Shown: in pieces, positions 8,858 to 18,793 of the stretch
Layout of the letters: each line of letters starts with the position of its first letter
Position numbering within the stretch: position 1 is the stretch's first letter
Source: a bacterium
GTDB taxonomy: Bacteria; Blakebacterota; Blakebacteria; Blakebacterales; JAWOFN01
Direction of reading: 5' to 3'
Length of the DNA: 64,000 bases
NCBI GenBank assembly: GCA_046497505.1
Contig: JAWOFN010000112.1
Location: forward strand, 8,834-72,833
Notes under the pieces: generated by a model
Told to the model about the DNA's origin: nothing
Seen by the model: the letters and a program-made list of their open reading frames with translations, nothing else
The model's database searches: none
Made by a program: the position numbers and the translations under genes

Positions 8858-10006
8858 CTACTTCTCGAAACGCTCCACCACCGCCGGACCGACGGCGTCC
8901 CGGTGGACCATGATCCCCAGGACCCTGAGGGCGAACCAGTCCCCCCGCATCCACACGTAGCCCCGGCGGCCCGAACTGCTGCCGTGGGAGTTCTTGATCA
9001 GGTACCAGTCGTACCCGTCCACCACCCGGTGATCCACGGCATGGACCAGGTGGTCATCGGTGGTGCGGCGGTCCTCGAAATCGCGCTGGCGGTTCTCCTG
9101 GTCGATCATCAGGGGGCTGCCCATACCGGGATGGATCACCGCGATCCCCGCGCCGTTCCAGGAAGCCCCGCGGTCTCCCCAATCGGTGTCGATGGCCACG
9201 CTGAACCCCCGATCCAGCGCCCTGTTCATGATCCGGATGAAGTCGCCCAGGGGGACGTTGTAGTAGCCGTCGTAATCCCACCAGTTGTCCGGCACGTCCA
9301 GTTCGCCCCGGGTGTAGAAGGGGATGTCCGTGTAGGAGGTGAGTTCCCAGTAGGCGTCATAATCCAGCCCCAGGTAGTCGTCCGCGTACTCCTTCGGGGT
9401 CATCGAACGCTCCCCCACCCTGATCGAAGCGGGCGGAGGGGCCATATGGCGGTCGAGGACCTCGCGGACCCGCGATACCACCTCGTCCTCGTCCCAGGCC
9501 CCCTTCTCCTTCTCGTCCGAGATGACCGCGTTCAGGTCCCTGCGCATGGCACCGTAGTCCTCCACCACCGGGTAGTCCGCTTCCGGGACGATGCCGTACT
9601 CCCGGACGAGCCACACCGTGTCGTGGCTGAGCCCCCCATCGCTGAAGCGGGCCCCCTCGCCTCTCCGCTCCGCGTATTCCCGCGCCTTCTCCACGTAGGC
9701 CCAGTAGACAACGTAGTATTCGGAGAGATCCAGTTCCTCCCGCCTCCCCAGGGACTCGCGGACCGTCTCGTTGGCCCGGAGGACCTCCGACTCCAGGAAG
9801 GAGACGGTAGCGAAGTTCCAGCAGGTCCCCCCCCGCTGGGACTTGATCGAGGTGTGGGCGATGTCGGTACCCAGCCAGTTCGGGGCATGGATCGAGTCGA
9901 AGAAATGCTCCATGTCGGCTCGGCCCTGCCCCAGGGCGGGGGAGGTCCCCGCTAGCAGGAAGGTCGCTGCCAGCAGGACCGCCGTACGGCGTGCTGCTCT
10001 CTGCAT
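8858..10006 (-). CDS. C1 (papain) family cysteine peptidase, aminopeptidase C / bleomycin-hydrolase-like, secreted
   Basis: Signal peptide (LLAATFLLAGTSPALGQ). Catalytic QRGGTCWNFA Cys motif and a C-terminal HAV...NSHG His region. GGAGG RBS. Confidence 0.7.
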   Translation of the reverse strand: MQRAARRTAVLLAATFLLAGTSPALGQGRADMEHFFDSIHAPNWLGTDIAHTSIKSQRGGTCWNFATVSFLESEVLRANETVRESLGRREELDLSEYYVVYWAYVEKAREYAERRGEGARFSDGGLSHDTVWLVREYGIVPEADYPVVEDYGAMRRDLNAVISDEKEKGAWDEDEVVSRVREVLDRHMAPPPASIRVGERSMTPKEYADDYLGLDYDAYWELTSYTDIPFYTRGELDVPDNWWDYDGYYNVPLGDFIRIMNRALDRGFSVAIDTDWGDRGASWNGAGIAVIHPGMGSPLMIDQENRQRDFEDRRTTDDHLVHAVDHRVVDGYDWYLIKNSHGSSSGRRGYVWMRGDWFALRVLGIMVHRDAVGPAVVERFEK

Positions 10007-10309
10007 CGGTAGCCTCCGTTGAAGGATCGCCGGCCCGCATCACCATGGGTGCGGGTCCGTGTCCCCGGCAGGGGCCGGGGGCGATTCTGACTCCTCTCAC
10101 CATGCATGGGCCGGAGGGTCCGGACAACCGGTTTTCAGACCCTGATGTCTCGAATGTGAGGCGCTGTGCGTCCCGGGTGCCGTGGAGGTCATAGTATTGT
10201 GGACTTTACAGTATATTGAAACCCGCAGTAGTATCGCGTCGTATCACCCGCGTGGACGCCCGGGGAAGGCACCAGGGAGAGAGCCTCGGGCACAAGACCA
10301 GGAGGACGC

Positions 10310-10678
10310 ATGGAGGACGTGGAGGCTGCGGTCCAGAAGTTCCAGCGCGAGCTGAACTCGGGCACGGTGGCGCTGGTGCTGCTCAGCGTCCTGGAGGCCT
10401 CGAAAATGCCCCTGTACGGCTACGAGATCGCCCGGCGCCTGGACCGGGACGACGAAGAGGAGCCCCGGGTGAAGCAGGGCACCCTCTACCCCGTCCTGCG
10501 GTCCCTGGAGAGCGGCGGACTGCTGCGCAGCGAGGTCGAGCCCTCATCCTCCGGCCCGCCGAGGCGGTACTACCGGGTGACCGGCCTGGGGCAGGAGGTC
10601 CTGGCGGCCTGGGAGGAACGCTGGGAGAAGACGCGTGATTTCGTGGACGAGATCCGGAAGGGAGCAAACGGTGGATGA
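10310..10678 (+). CDS. PadR family transcriptional regulator
   Basis: Winged-helix signature LYGYEIARRL...GTLYPVLRSLESGGLL. AGGAGGA RBS. Size is typical of the family. Confidence 0.8.
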   Translation: MEDVEAAVQKFQRELNSGTVALVLLSVLEASKMPLYGYEIARRLDRDDEEEPRVKQGTLYPVLRSLESGGLLRSEVEPSSSGPPRRYYRVTGLGQEVLAAWEERWEKTRDFVDEIRKGANGG

Positions 10679-11579
10679 GCGGATCGCATCCTATCTGGAG
10701 TCGCTGAGGCAGGCCCTGGCCGGGGTCGACCCCGCCCTAATGCAAGACGCCCTCTACGACGCGGAAGAGCATCTCCGGAGCGAGATGGAGCAGATGCCGG
10801 AGGCCGAGCGTGAGAAGGCCCTGCCCGCCCTGCTCGAACGATTCGGGGAACCGGAAGAGGTGGCCCGGGCCTATCGGGAGGCGGAGATCCGCCTCCACGG
10901 GCCCTCCCCGGCCGCCGGGGAGCGTACCCCCACGACGCCCTCCGGCCGGCCGCGGCAGGACTACGGCCTGGGCCCCTTCTTCGGGGTCCTCGTGGACCCC
11001 CACGCCTACGGAGCCCTCTTCTACATGCTCCTCTCCCTCATCACCGGGATCCTCTACTTCACCTGGGTCGTCACCGGGGCGAGCATCTCGGTGAGCTTCC
11101 TCATCCTCATCATCGGTATCCCGATCCTCCTCCTCTTCCTCGCCACCACCCGGGTCTTCTCCTTCGTGGAAGGGCGGATCGTGGAGGCGCTGCTCGGGGT
11201 CCGCATGCCCCGTCGGCATCGCCCCGCCGGCACCGAGGGGCAGTGGCTGGAGCGGATCAAGGAGTGGTTCACCGATGCCCGCACCTGGGCCACCATGCTC
11301 TACATGCTGGTCATGATGCCCCTGGGGATCTTCTACTTCACCCTGGCGGTGACCTGGCTGGGGGTCTCCCTCGGACTCTTCGCCGCACCCTGGGTGCAGC
11401 TCATCGCCGGGGAACCCATCATCCAGTTCGGGTGGGGTACCTACTGGCTGGAGTGGTGGGCGTTCCCCCTGCTCATGGCGGTCGGAGCCCTCCTCGCCGT
11501 CATCGGGCTGCATCTGTTCCGCCTCATCGGGCGGGCTCACGGAACCTTCGCCAAGGCCATGCTGGTGAGCCGGATCTAG
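10635..11579 (+). CDS. DUF1700-like N-terminal domain fused to a 4-6 TM membrane domain (putative PadR-associated sensor or effector)
   Basis: N-terminus IASYLESLRQALAGVDPALMQDALYDAEEHL resembles DUF1700 proteins that pair with PadR. The C-terminal half is hydrophobic. The true start may be the in-frame GTG at 10671, since the ORF overlaps the PadR end. Confidence 0.55.
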   Translation: MISWTRSGREQTVDERIASYLESLRQALAGVDPALMQDALYDAEEHLRSEMEQMPEAEREKALPALLERFGEPEEVARAYREAEIRLHGPSPAAGERTPTTPSGRPRQDYGLGPFFGVLVDPHAYGALFYMLLSLITGILYFTWVVTGASISVSFLILIIGIPILLLFLATTRVFSFVEGRIVEALLGVRMPRRHRPAGTEGQWLERIKEWFTDARTWATMLYMLVMMPLGIFYFTLAVTWLGVSLGLFAAPWVQLIAGEPIIQFGWGTYWLEWWAFPLLMAVGALLAVIGLHLFRLIGRAHGTFAKAMLVSRI

Positions 11580-12779
11580 CGCCCGGAGGGGACCGTGACG
11601 GGGAGACCGGTGTGTCGGGGTCCCTCGTGGACCTCCCGGGCCATGTCCCTCTGGAGCATCTCCCGGTTGTAGCGTGCGATCACATCGTTCTTCCGCAGCG
11701 TGCCCAGCAGCTTCCCCTCCTGGGGATCCACCACCGGGATCTCATCGGCTCCGGTCCGTTCGAACTCGTGCATCACCCAGCTCAGGTCGTCCTCCGGCCT
11801 CACCGCCTGCACGTCCGCGGTGGCCAGGGTACAGGAGAGCATCATGGCAAGGATGATCTGGTAGTTCCCGGTGAGTTCGAAGAGCATGAGCACGGCGGTG
11901 AGGGGAGCATGCGTGGCGGCTGCCAGGACCGACCCCATCCCCACCATGGCGTAGGCCCCGCTCTGGGCGGTGGCGAAGGGGGCCCCCTGGACCAGGCTGC
12001 CCACCACGCTGCCCAGCATGACCCCGATGAACAGGCTGGGTGATAGGAGCCCCCCCGACCCCCCCGACCCCAGGGTGAAGGAGGTGGCGGCCACCTTGGC
12101 CAGCATGACGAGGAACAGGAGGAGGAGCGGGGAAGCGGGCTCCGGGCTCAGAACGGTCTCGATGGCGTCGTAGCCCACCCCCAACACCTGGGGGAAGCCC
12201 ACGGCCACCAGTCCCAGGAGCGCACCCCCCGCCGCGGGCCGCGCCCAGGCCGGCAGGTACTCCAGATGGTGGAACAGCCTCGTGGCGGTGTTCAGGGCAC
12301 GTATGAACACCAGGGCCACCAGGGCGGCCAGCAGGCCGAGGAGGGCATAGGGAAGGAACTCCCAGACGCTCACGATGTGGAAGACCCCCTCCGGGATGGC
12401 GAAGGTGGGCTGGGTGCCGAAGAAAGAGCGTCCCACCGCCGTACCCAGTACGCTCGCCACGACCACGGGAGTGAAGTGGGAGACGCCGAAATCCCCCAGG
12501 ATCACCTCGGCCGCGAAGATGGCCCCGGCGATGGGTGTGTTGAAGGTGGCTGAGATCCCTCCGGCGGCCCCCGAGGCCACCAGGATCCTCACATACCGGC
12601 CCGGGAGCCGGGCGAACGTTCCCAGGGCGGACCCCACCGCGGAGCCGATCTGTACGATCGACGAGCCAGCGGAAGCCCATCGCCCCGAACCCGGTGAGCA
12701 CGCCGGTGACAGCAGCCAGGCCCAGGATCCGGGAGTGCTCACTCTGCCTCAGACGCTTGATGAGGTCCCGGGTACGCAT
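11576..12779 (-). pseudogene. ClC family chloride channel, disrupted by an internal deletion (about 95 codons, including the GSGIP filter segment) with a frame change
   Basis: One frame, from 12779, gives MRTRDLIKRLRQSEHSRILGLAAVTGVLTGFGAMGFRWL, matching the ClC N-terminal helix B. Within a few codons the same DNA in another frame gives GSSIVQIGSAVGS, the GREGPxVQIGxxIG equivalent, and continues through GGISATFNTPIAGAIFAAEV to a C-terminal CBS domain. No intervening GSGIP region is present. Confidence 0.5.
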
Positions 12780-12780
12780 C

Positions 12781-15483
12781 TCAGATCGGAGACCAGCGGC
12801 CGCGGGTAACGAGACCGGCGGCGATGGGGGCCAGGCTCATGAGGCCGACCACACCCCATCCCCGCCAGCCCGGGTCCTCCACGTGGAGCACATGGGCCAG
12901 GGGCGGTACGAAGACCGCGACCACCAGCAGGAGGATGCAGAGCCCCAGGGCCCCCCAGACGTACCGGTTCCGGGTGACCTCGTTCCGGAAGAAACCGGAG
13001 GAGCTCCCCCGCATGTTGAAGACGTGCCAGAGCTGGGCGAATGCAAGGGTCAGGAAGGAGACGGTGATGGCCTGCTGACGGGGGAGCTCCAGCCACAGCA
13101 GCGCCAGGGCCAGGGCACCGAGAACCCCGGTGGTGAAGGCGGTGCCGTAGAAGGCGATCCCGGTCCAGTGACGGCGGGCGAGGATCGGCTCGGACTGCGG
13201 CCGGGGGGGACGCTGCATGACCCCCCGCTCCCCCTCCCCCATGCCCAGGGCCAGGGCCGGGAAGATGTCGGTCACCAGGTTGAGGAAGAGGATCTGGAGG
13301 GGGAGGATGGGCAGTACGGTCCCCACCAGGGAGGCCAGCCCCACCACCATGACCTCGCTGACGTTGCAGGAGAGCAGATAGTAGACGAAGCGCCGGATGT
13401 TCCCGAAGATCACCCGGCCCTGTTCCACCGCCGCCACGATGCTGGAGAAGGCATCGTCCTGGAGGACCATGTCGGCCGCCTCCCGGGCCACCTGGGTACC
13501 CCGCCGTCCCATGGCCACCCCGATGTCGGCCTTCTTCAGGGCCGGGGCATCGTTCACCCCGTCCCCGGTCATGGCCACCACCCGGCCCTCTCTCTGGTGC
13601 AGCTCGATGAGGTCGAGTTTCTGGCCGGGACTCACCCGGGCGAAGACGGGCACATCCAGCATGCGTGCCCGGACCTCGCTCTGGTCCATGTCCGCCCCGG
13701 AGAGCTCCTTCCCCTCCACCACGGCCGGGTCCTCGGTCTCTGTGAGCCCCACCGCCTCGGCGATCCCCAGCGCCGTGAGGGCCTGGTCCCCCGTGACCAT
13801 CACCACCCGGATGCCCGCCGCCTGGCAGCGGTCGAGGGAGGCCCTCACGTCGGTCCTCGGCGGGTCGAGGAGACAGGCCAGTCCAAGGAGCGTGAGGTCG
13901 CCATAGGGGTCGGCCCCTGCATCACCGACCTGCTTCCAGGCCAGGGCGATGATCCGAAGCCCCTCCGCGGCCAGTTCCCGGTTCCGCTCCTCCCACGCCT
14001 CCAGGGCCTCCGGGGTCAGGTCCTCCTCCCCGTCGACCGTCCGGACCCGGATGCATACCTCGAAGACCGCTTCCGGAGCGCCCTTCACCGCGGTCCGGAA
14101 GGCTCCCTCCCCCCGGTGTACCGTGGCCATCATGTTCCGATTTGGGTCGAAGGCCACCTCGCGCTCTTCGGGCAGGTCCTCCAGGAGTCCGTCTCGGGTC
14201 AGACCGGCCCGGGCAGCACCCACCAGCAGGGCCGCTTCCAGGGGGTCCCCGGTGGTATCTCCCGGTCCCTCTTCGCCGAGGCTCGCGTTGTTGCACAGGG
14301 CCGCCGCGACGAGGGCGTCGCGGATGGGCCCCTCGTTCGGCGGGACCTCCTCCTCCCCGGCGAGGAATCGGCCCGGAGCGATGCCCCCCGGCCCTCCTCC
14401 CTCCTCCTCCGGGGTCTCGAGCGTGACCGTGCGGTCCGCCAGGGCCAGGCGCGTGAGGGTCATCCGGTTCTCGGTGAGGGTCCCCGTCTTGTCGGTACAG
14501 ATGATCGAGGTGGCCCCCAGGGTCTCCACGCTGGAGAGTCGGTTGATGAGGGCGTTCCTCCGAGCCATCTCCTGCATGCCCCGGGCCAGGACGATGGTGG
14601 CTACGATGGGGAGACCCTCCGGGATCGTGGCCACGGCCAGGGCGATCCCCGTCTCGATCATGAGGAAGAGTTCCTTGCCCCCGGCGATACCGCTCACCGT
14701 CACCGCAGCCGCGATGCCCAGGGTCACCCAGATGAGCCGGCGGCCCAGACGGTCCAGACGTTCTTCCAGGGGGGTGGCCTCCTCCTCGGCCGACTCCACC
14801 ATGGCGGAGATCCGCCCCAGTTCGGTGTCCATACCGGTGTGGACCACCAGACCCTCACCGGAACCCCGTGTCAGGGCGGTCCCCTTGTAGAGCATGCCGG
14901 TCCGCCCGGCCAGCTCCGCCTCCTCGCCGACCGGTCCCTCCCCCTTGCTGACCGGAAGGCTCTCACCCGTGAGCGCGGACTCGTCGGCCTGGAGTTCGTT
15001 GGACTCACGGATACGGAGGTCGGCCACCATGACATCACCGCCCTCGAGGAGCACCACGTCCCCGGGTACGAGATCCTCCGCATCCACCTCTTCCACCCGG
15101 CCCTCCCGTCGCACCCGGGCCGAGACCCTGCCCAGTTCGTAGAGGGCCTCCATGGAACGGACCGCCCGGAGTTCGGTGAAGAAGCCGATGGCGGAGTTGA
15201 TGAGGATGACAGCCAGGATGGCCCAGCCCTCCAGCGTCTCCCCGTAGGCGAAGGCCACCGCCGAGGCGGCGGCCAGCAGGCCGATGATCAGGCTCTTGAA
15301 CTGTGCGATGAGGATGGAGAGGGCGCTGCGTGTCTCGTGTCGGCGGAGTTCGTTGCTGCCGAACCGCTCCCTGCGATCCGACACCTGCCCATCCGTCAGT
15401 CCCTCATGCGCATCCACACCCAGTCGGTCGGCCAGTTCCCCGGCCGGGAGGGACCAGGTCGTACCCGGGATCTCATGCTCCAC
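12781..15483 (-). CDS. P-type cation-transporting ATPase (type IIA/IIB-like, Ca2+/Mg2+/cation family)
   Basis: DKTGTLT phosphorylation motif, TGDGVNDAPALKKADIGVAMG hinge and an N-terminal cation_ATPase_N-like segment. 900 aa with 10 predicted TM helices. GTG start. Confidence 0.85.
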   Translation of the reverse strand: MEHEIPGTTWSLPAGELADRLGVDAHEGLTDGQVSDRRERFGSNELRRHETRSALSILIAQFKSLIIGLLAAASAVAFAYGETLEGWAILAVILINSAIGFFTELRAVRSMEALYELGRVSARVRREGRVEEVDAEDLVPGDVVLLEGGDVMVADLRIRESNELQADESALTGESLPVSKGEGPVGEEAELAGRTGMLYKGTALTRGSGEGLVVHTGMDTELGRISAMVESAEEEATPLEERLDRLGRRLIWVTLGIAAAVTVSGIAGGKELFLMIETGIALAVATIPEGLPIVATIVLARGMQEMARRNALINRLSSVETLGATSIICTDKTGTLTENRMTLTRLALADRTVTLETPEEEGGGPGGIAPGRFLAGEEEVPPNEGPIRDALVAAALCNNASLGEEGPGDTTGDPLEAALLVGAARAGLTRDGLLEDLPEEREVAFDPNRNMMATVHRGEGAFRTAVKGAPEAVFEVCIRVRTVDGEEDLTPEALEAWEERNRELAAEGLRIIALAWKQVGDAGADPYGDLTLLGLACLLDPPRTDVRASLDRCQAAGIRVVMVTGDQALTALGIAEAVGLTETEDPAVVEGKELSGADMDQSEVRARMLDVPVFARVSPGQKLDLIELHQREGRVVAMTGDGVNDAPALKKADIGVAMGRRGTQVAREAADMVLQDDAFSSIVAAVEQGRVIFGNIRRFVYYLLSCNVSEVMVVGLASLVGTVLPILPLQILFLNLVTDIFPALALGMGEGERGVMQRPPRPQSEPILARRHWTGIAFYGTAFTTGVLGALALALLWLELPRQQAITVSFLTLAFAQLWHVFNMRGSSSGFFRNEVTRNRYVWGALGLCILLLVVAVFVPPLAHVLHVEDPGWRGWGVVGLMSLAPIAAGLVTRGRWSPI

Positions 15484-15669
15484 GATGCGTCTGCTCCGGA
15501 CTGGGATGGCAGGGTCGGTCCTCGGTCATCGAATGCAAGGTACCCCGGGTGATGTCGCGGCTCAACCGGACGAGCGTGTCGGTCCCGGGCCGAGGTGGCG
15601 GAACCGGGACACGGAACCTACCTTGGGGCCGACCCCATCGACGAACCACAGGAAGAAGGGTGTGCAGGC

Positions 15670-17067
15670 ATGAAGGTGACCTTCCGGGGAGCTGCCCGCA
15701 CGGTGACCGGATCGATGCACCGGGTGGACACCGCGGACGGGAAGACGGTGCTGCTGGACTGCGGGCTCTACCAGGGACGGCGCAAGAAGGCCGCGAAGAT
15801 CAATCGCGAGATGCCGCTCCCGGTGGAGGAGATCGACGCCGTCCTCCTCTCCCACGCTCACATCGATCATTCCGGACTGCTCCCCCGTCTCTACAAGGAA
15901 GGTTACCGCGGTCCTGTCTACGCCACACCGGCCACGGCGGACCTGAGCGGCATCATGCTCAGGGACTCCGCCCACATCCAGGAAGCAGATGTACGGTACG
16001 TGAACAAGAAGAACGAGGCGAGGGGGCTCCCTCCCGTGGAGCCCCTCTACGAGATCCCCGACGCGGAGGGGGTGAGCGGTCTCTTCATCCCCGTGGACTG
16101 CCGGGAGGTCTTCACCCCCGTCGAGGGCCTGGAGGTGGAGTACCGCGACGCCGGTCACATACTCGGCTCGGCCAGCATGACGCTCATGGCCCGGGAGGAG
16201 GAGCGCGAAGTCCGTCTCGGCTTCACCGGGGACGTGGGCAGGCCGGACCGCCTCATCATCCGTGACCCCCAGCCCATGATGGACTGCGACTGGCTCATCA
16301 CCGAGTCGACCTACGGCGGACAGGTACATGACCCGCCGGAGAGCGCGAAGAAGCGGCTCGAAGAGGTCATCGGCCGCACCGTGGAACGGGGGGGGAAGGT
16401 CATCATCCCCGCCTTCAGCGTGGGCCGCACCCAGGAGATCGTCCACACCCTGGACCAGCTCTGGAACGAAGGACGGCTGCCCATGATCCCCGTCTACGTG
16501 GACAGCCCCCTGGCGGTGAACGCCACCGACATCTACAAGGACCATCCGGAGTGCTACGACCAGGACCTGAGGGAGTACATACTGAGCGATGCCGACCCCT
16601 TCGGGTTCCGCAGACTGACCTACGTGAGGAACGTGGAGGAGTCGAAGGCCCTGAACGGGCGCAGGGACCCCATGGTCATCATCAGCGCTTCGGGGATGTG
16701 CGAGGGGGGACGGATCCTCCACCACTTGAAGAACAACATCCACGACGAACGCAACACCGTCCTCATGGTGGGCTATTCCGCCGAACACACCCTGGGCCGG
16801 AGGATCTCCGAGCGCAGGAGCAGGGTCCGGATCTTCGGGACCGAGTACGCGCTGAGAGCCCAGGTAGAGGTCATGGACGCCTATTCCGCCCATGCGGACC
16901 AGCCTGAACTCCTGGACTTCCTGGAGCCCCTGCATACCGCACGGCTCAAGGGGGTCTTCCTGGTCCACGGGTCGCTGGACCGGCAGGAGGCGATGAGGAA
17001 GGAACTCCGGCGAAAGGGCTGCGACAACGTGATGGTACCGGAGCGGGGCCAGAGCTTCACGCTCTGA
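15670..17067 (+). CDS. MBL-fold metallo-hydrolase of the beta-CASP RNA-metabolising family
   Basis: HAHIDHSG metallo-beta-lactamase motif, a beta-CASP region and an RNA-specificity C-terminal domain (YSAHADQPELLDFL). ORF 15595..17067 trimmed to ATG 15670 (MKVTFRGAARTVTGS). Confidence 0.75.
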   Translation: MKVTFRGAARTVTGSMHRVDTADGKTVLLDCGLYQGRRKKAAKINREMPLPVEEIDAVLLSHAHIDHSGLLPRLYKEGYRGPVYATPATADLSGIMLRDSAHIQEADVRYVNKKNEARGLPPVEPLYEIPDAEGVSGLFIPVDCREVFTPVEGLEVEYRDAGHILGSASMTLMAREEEREVRLGFTGDVGRPDRLIIRDPQPMMDCDWLITESTYGGQVHDPPESAKKRLEEVIGRTVERGGKVIIPAFSVGRTQEIVHTLDQLWNEGRLPMIPVYVDSPLAVNATDIYKDHPECYDQDLREYILSDADPFGFRRLTYVRNVEESKALNGRRDPMVIISASGMCEGGRILHHLKNNIHDERNTVLMVGYSAEHTLGRRISERRSRVRIFGTEYALRAQVEVMDAYSAHADQPELLDFLEPLHTARLKGVFLVHGSLDRQEAMRKELRRKGCDNVMVPERGQSFTL

Positions 17068-17098
17068 GTCCTCCGGCCCCGCCGATCGGTCTCGCTTC

Positions 17099-18793
17099 TC
17101 AGTGTCCTCCCGCCTGACCGTCCTTGCGGGGGTCCGATGCCGCCGCCCACCCGGGTGCCAGGCGCAGGATCGCCTGGGCCCCGCCGAAGGCCGTTCGGCC
17201 CTCGTCGGTGAGTTCGTGACCCATCCGGGTCAGCTCCCCACGGACCCGCCCCGGGATCGGAGCCTCCAGCGCCACCCTCCGGCCGCCCAGGTGCCGGAAT
17301 CGGGGGGCATCCACCGCCTCCTGCAGATCCATGCCGAAGACCAGGAGGTTGAGCAGGAGCTGCACGTGTCCCTGGGGCTGCATCGACCCCCCCATGACCC
17401 CGAAGGCCAGCCACGGCTCGATCCCCCCCTCGCTCCCCGTGCGGGTCACGAACCCCGGGATCAGGGTGTGGAAGGGGCGCTTCCCGGGTCCCACGGTGTT
17501 GGGATGGTCCGGCTCGGTGGTGAAGCCGGCTCCCCGGTTCTGCAGCGCGAACCCGGTCCCCGGTACCACGACCCCCGAACCGAACTCCCAATAGATGCTG
17601 TTGATGAAGGAGACCATGTTGCCGCGGCTGTCAGCCGCCGTCAGGTAGATGGTCTCGCTGGAGAGGTCCAGTTCCCCGGGCGCTGCTCCCTCGGAGGCCT
17701 CCCGGGGGTGGATGGCCTCCCTCCGGCGGCGGAGGAAGTCCTCCTCCAGCAGGTCCTCGGGGGAGGCCTCCATGCTGGTCGGGTCCCCCACGTAGGCCTC
17801 CAGGTCGGCGAAGGCCTGCTTCTTCGCCTCGATGAGGTGATGCAGGTAGGCGGGGCTGTTGTGCCCCATCCCCTCCAGATCGAAGGTTTCCAGTATCCCG
17901 AGCATCTCCAGGGCCGCGATGCCCTGGCCGTTGGGGGGAAGTTCCCACACGGTGTATCCATGGAAGGGGAGCCCCACCGGCTCCACCCATTCCACCCGGT
18001 GGGCCCTCAGGTCCTCCGGGGTGAGGAACCCGCCCTCCTGCTGGAGATGCTCCGCGATCGTGCGGCCCAGCTCGCCGCCGTACAGGTGACCCGGCCCCCG
18101 ACGGGCGATGGCCCTCAGCGTCGAGGCGTAGTCCGGGTTGCGGAACCACTCCCCCGCCCGCGGGGTGGTCCCGTCTTCCATGAGGTAGGTGTCCCGCGCC
18201 CCCTCGTCCCTCGTCAGACGCCCTGTCTCGGCCGCCCACTGACGAGCGATCTTGGGGGAGACGGGGAACCCCTCCTCCGCGAGGCGGATGGCCGGTCCCA
18301 GTGCCTGGGCGAGTTCGATCGTGCCGAACCTCTCCAGCAGGGCCGACCAGCCGGAGAGGGCCCCGGGGACCGTAACCGGCTCGGCCCCGAAGAGGGGGAC
18401 CCGGTCCAGGTCCCGCTCCCGCAGGGCCTGGCGGGTCATCCGGGACCCGGAGCGCCCGCTGGCGTTCAGACCGATGAGCGCGCCCTCCTCCGCCGACCAC
18501 ACGATGGCGAAGACGTCACCGCCGATCCCGGTCATGTGGGGTTCGGTGACGGTCAGGACCGCTGCCGCGGTCACCGCCGCGTCGATCGCGTTGCCCCCCT
18601 GCTCCAGGACCGCCAGTCCCGCGGAGGTGGCAAGGGGCTGGCTGGCAGCCACCGCGCCACGGGGGGCGTAGACGGTGGAACGTCCTGCCAGGGTCGTGGG
18701 ACGGTCCTCCGATCCCCCCTCCCCGCAGGCACCGGCCAGAAAGAGGAGGAGGACGAGGGGAACAGCCGCGGCTGCGGGAACGTATTGTGACAT
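17099..18793 (-). CDS. ggt: gamma-glutamyltransferase
   Basis: Signal/lipoprotein N-terminus. TGIGGDVFAIVW and the autoprocessing region ETIYLTAADSRGNMVSFINS, followed by GSGVVVPGTGFALQNRGAGF, are typical of GGT. Confidence 0.85.
   Translation of the reverse strand: MSQYVPAAAAVPLVLLLFLAGACGEGGSEDRPTTLAGRSTVYAPRGAVAASQPLATSAGLAVLEQGGNAIDAAVTAAAVLTVTEPHMTGIGGDVFAIVWSAEEGALIGLNASGRSGSRMTRQALRERDLDRVPLFGAEPVTVPGALSGWSALLERFGTIELAQALGPAIRLAEEGFPVSPKIARQWAAETGRLTRDEGARDTYLMEDGTTPRAGEWFRNPDYASTLRAIARRGPGHLYGGELGRTIAEHLQQEGGFLTPEDLRAHRVEWVEPVGLPFHGYTVWELPPNGQGIAALEMLGILETFDLEGMGHNSPAYLHHLIEAKKQAFADLEAYVGDPTSMEASPEDLLEEDFLRRRREAIHPREASEGAAPGELDLSSETIYLTAADSRGNMVSFINSIYWEFGSGVVVPGTGFALQNRGAGFTTEPDHPNTVGPGKRPFHTLIPGFVTRTGSEGGIEPWLAFGVMGGSMQPQGHVQLLLNLLVFGMDLQEAVDAPRFRHLGGRRVALEAPIPGRVRGELTRMGHELTDEGRTAFGGAQAILRLAPGWAAASDPRKDGQAGGH

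Noticed and set aside
8678-9955. 425-aa plus-strand ORF
   Set aside because: It is antisense to the C1 peptidase gene. Pro/Gly/Arg-rich and it starts inside the hydrogenase promoter region. A shadow ORF.
11742-12779. 345-aa minus-strand ORF treated as an independent gene
   Set aside because: Only its first 45 or so residues look like protein (the ClC N-terminal helix). The remainder is Arg/Gly/Pro-rich read-through of the real ClC frame. It is interpreted as the out-of-frame N-terminal piece of the disrupted ClC gene.
12694-15552. 952-aa ORF on the plus strand
   Set aside because: It lies entirely antisense to the P-type ATPase, which has DKTGTLT and TGDGVNDAPAL motifs. Its translation is Gly/Arg/Pro/His-rich low-complexity sequence typical of out-of-frame reading of GC-rich coding DNA.
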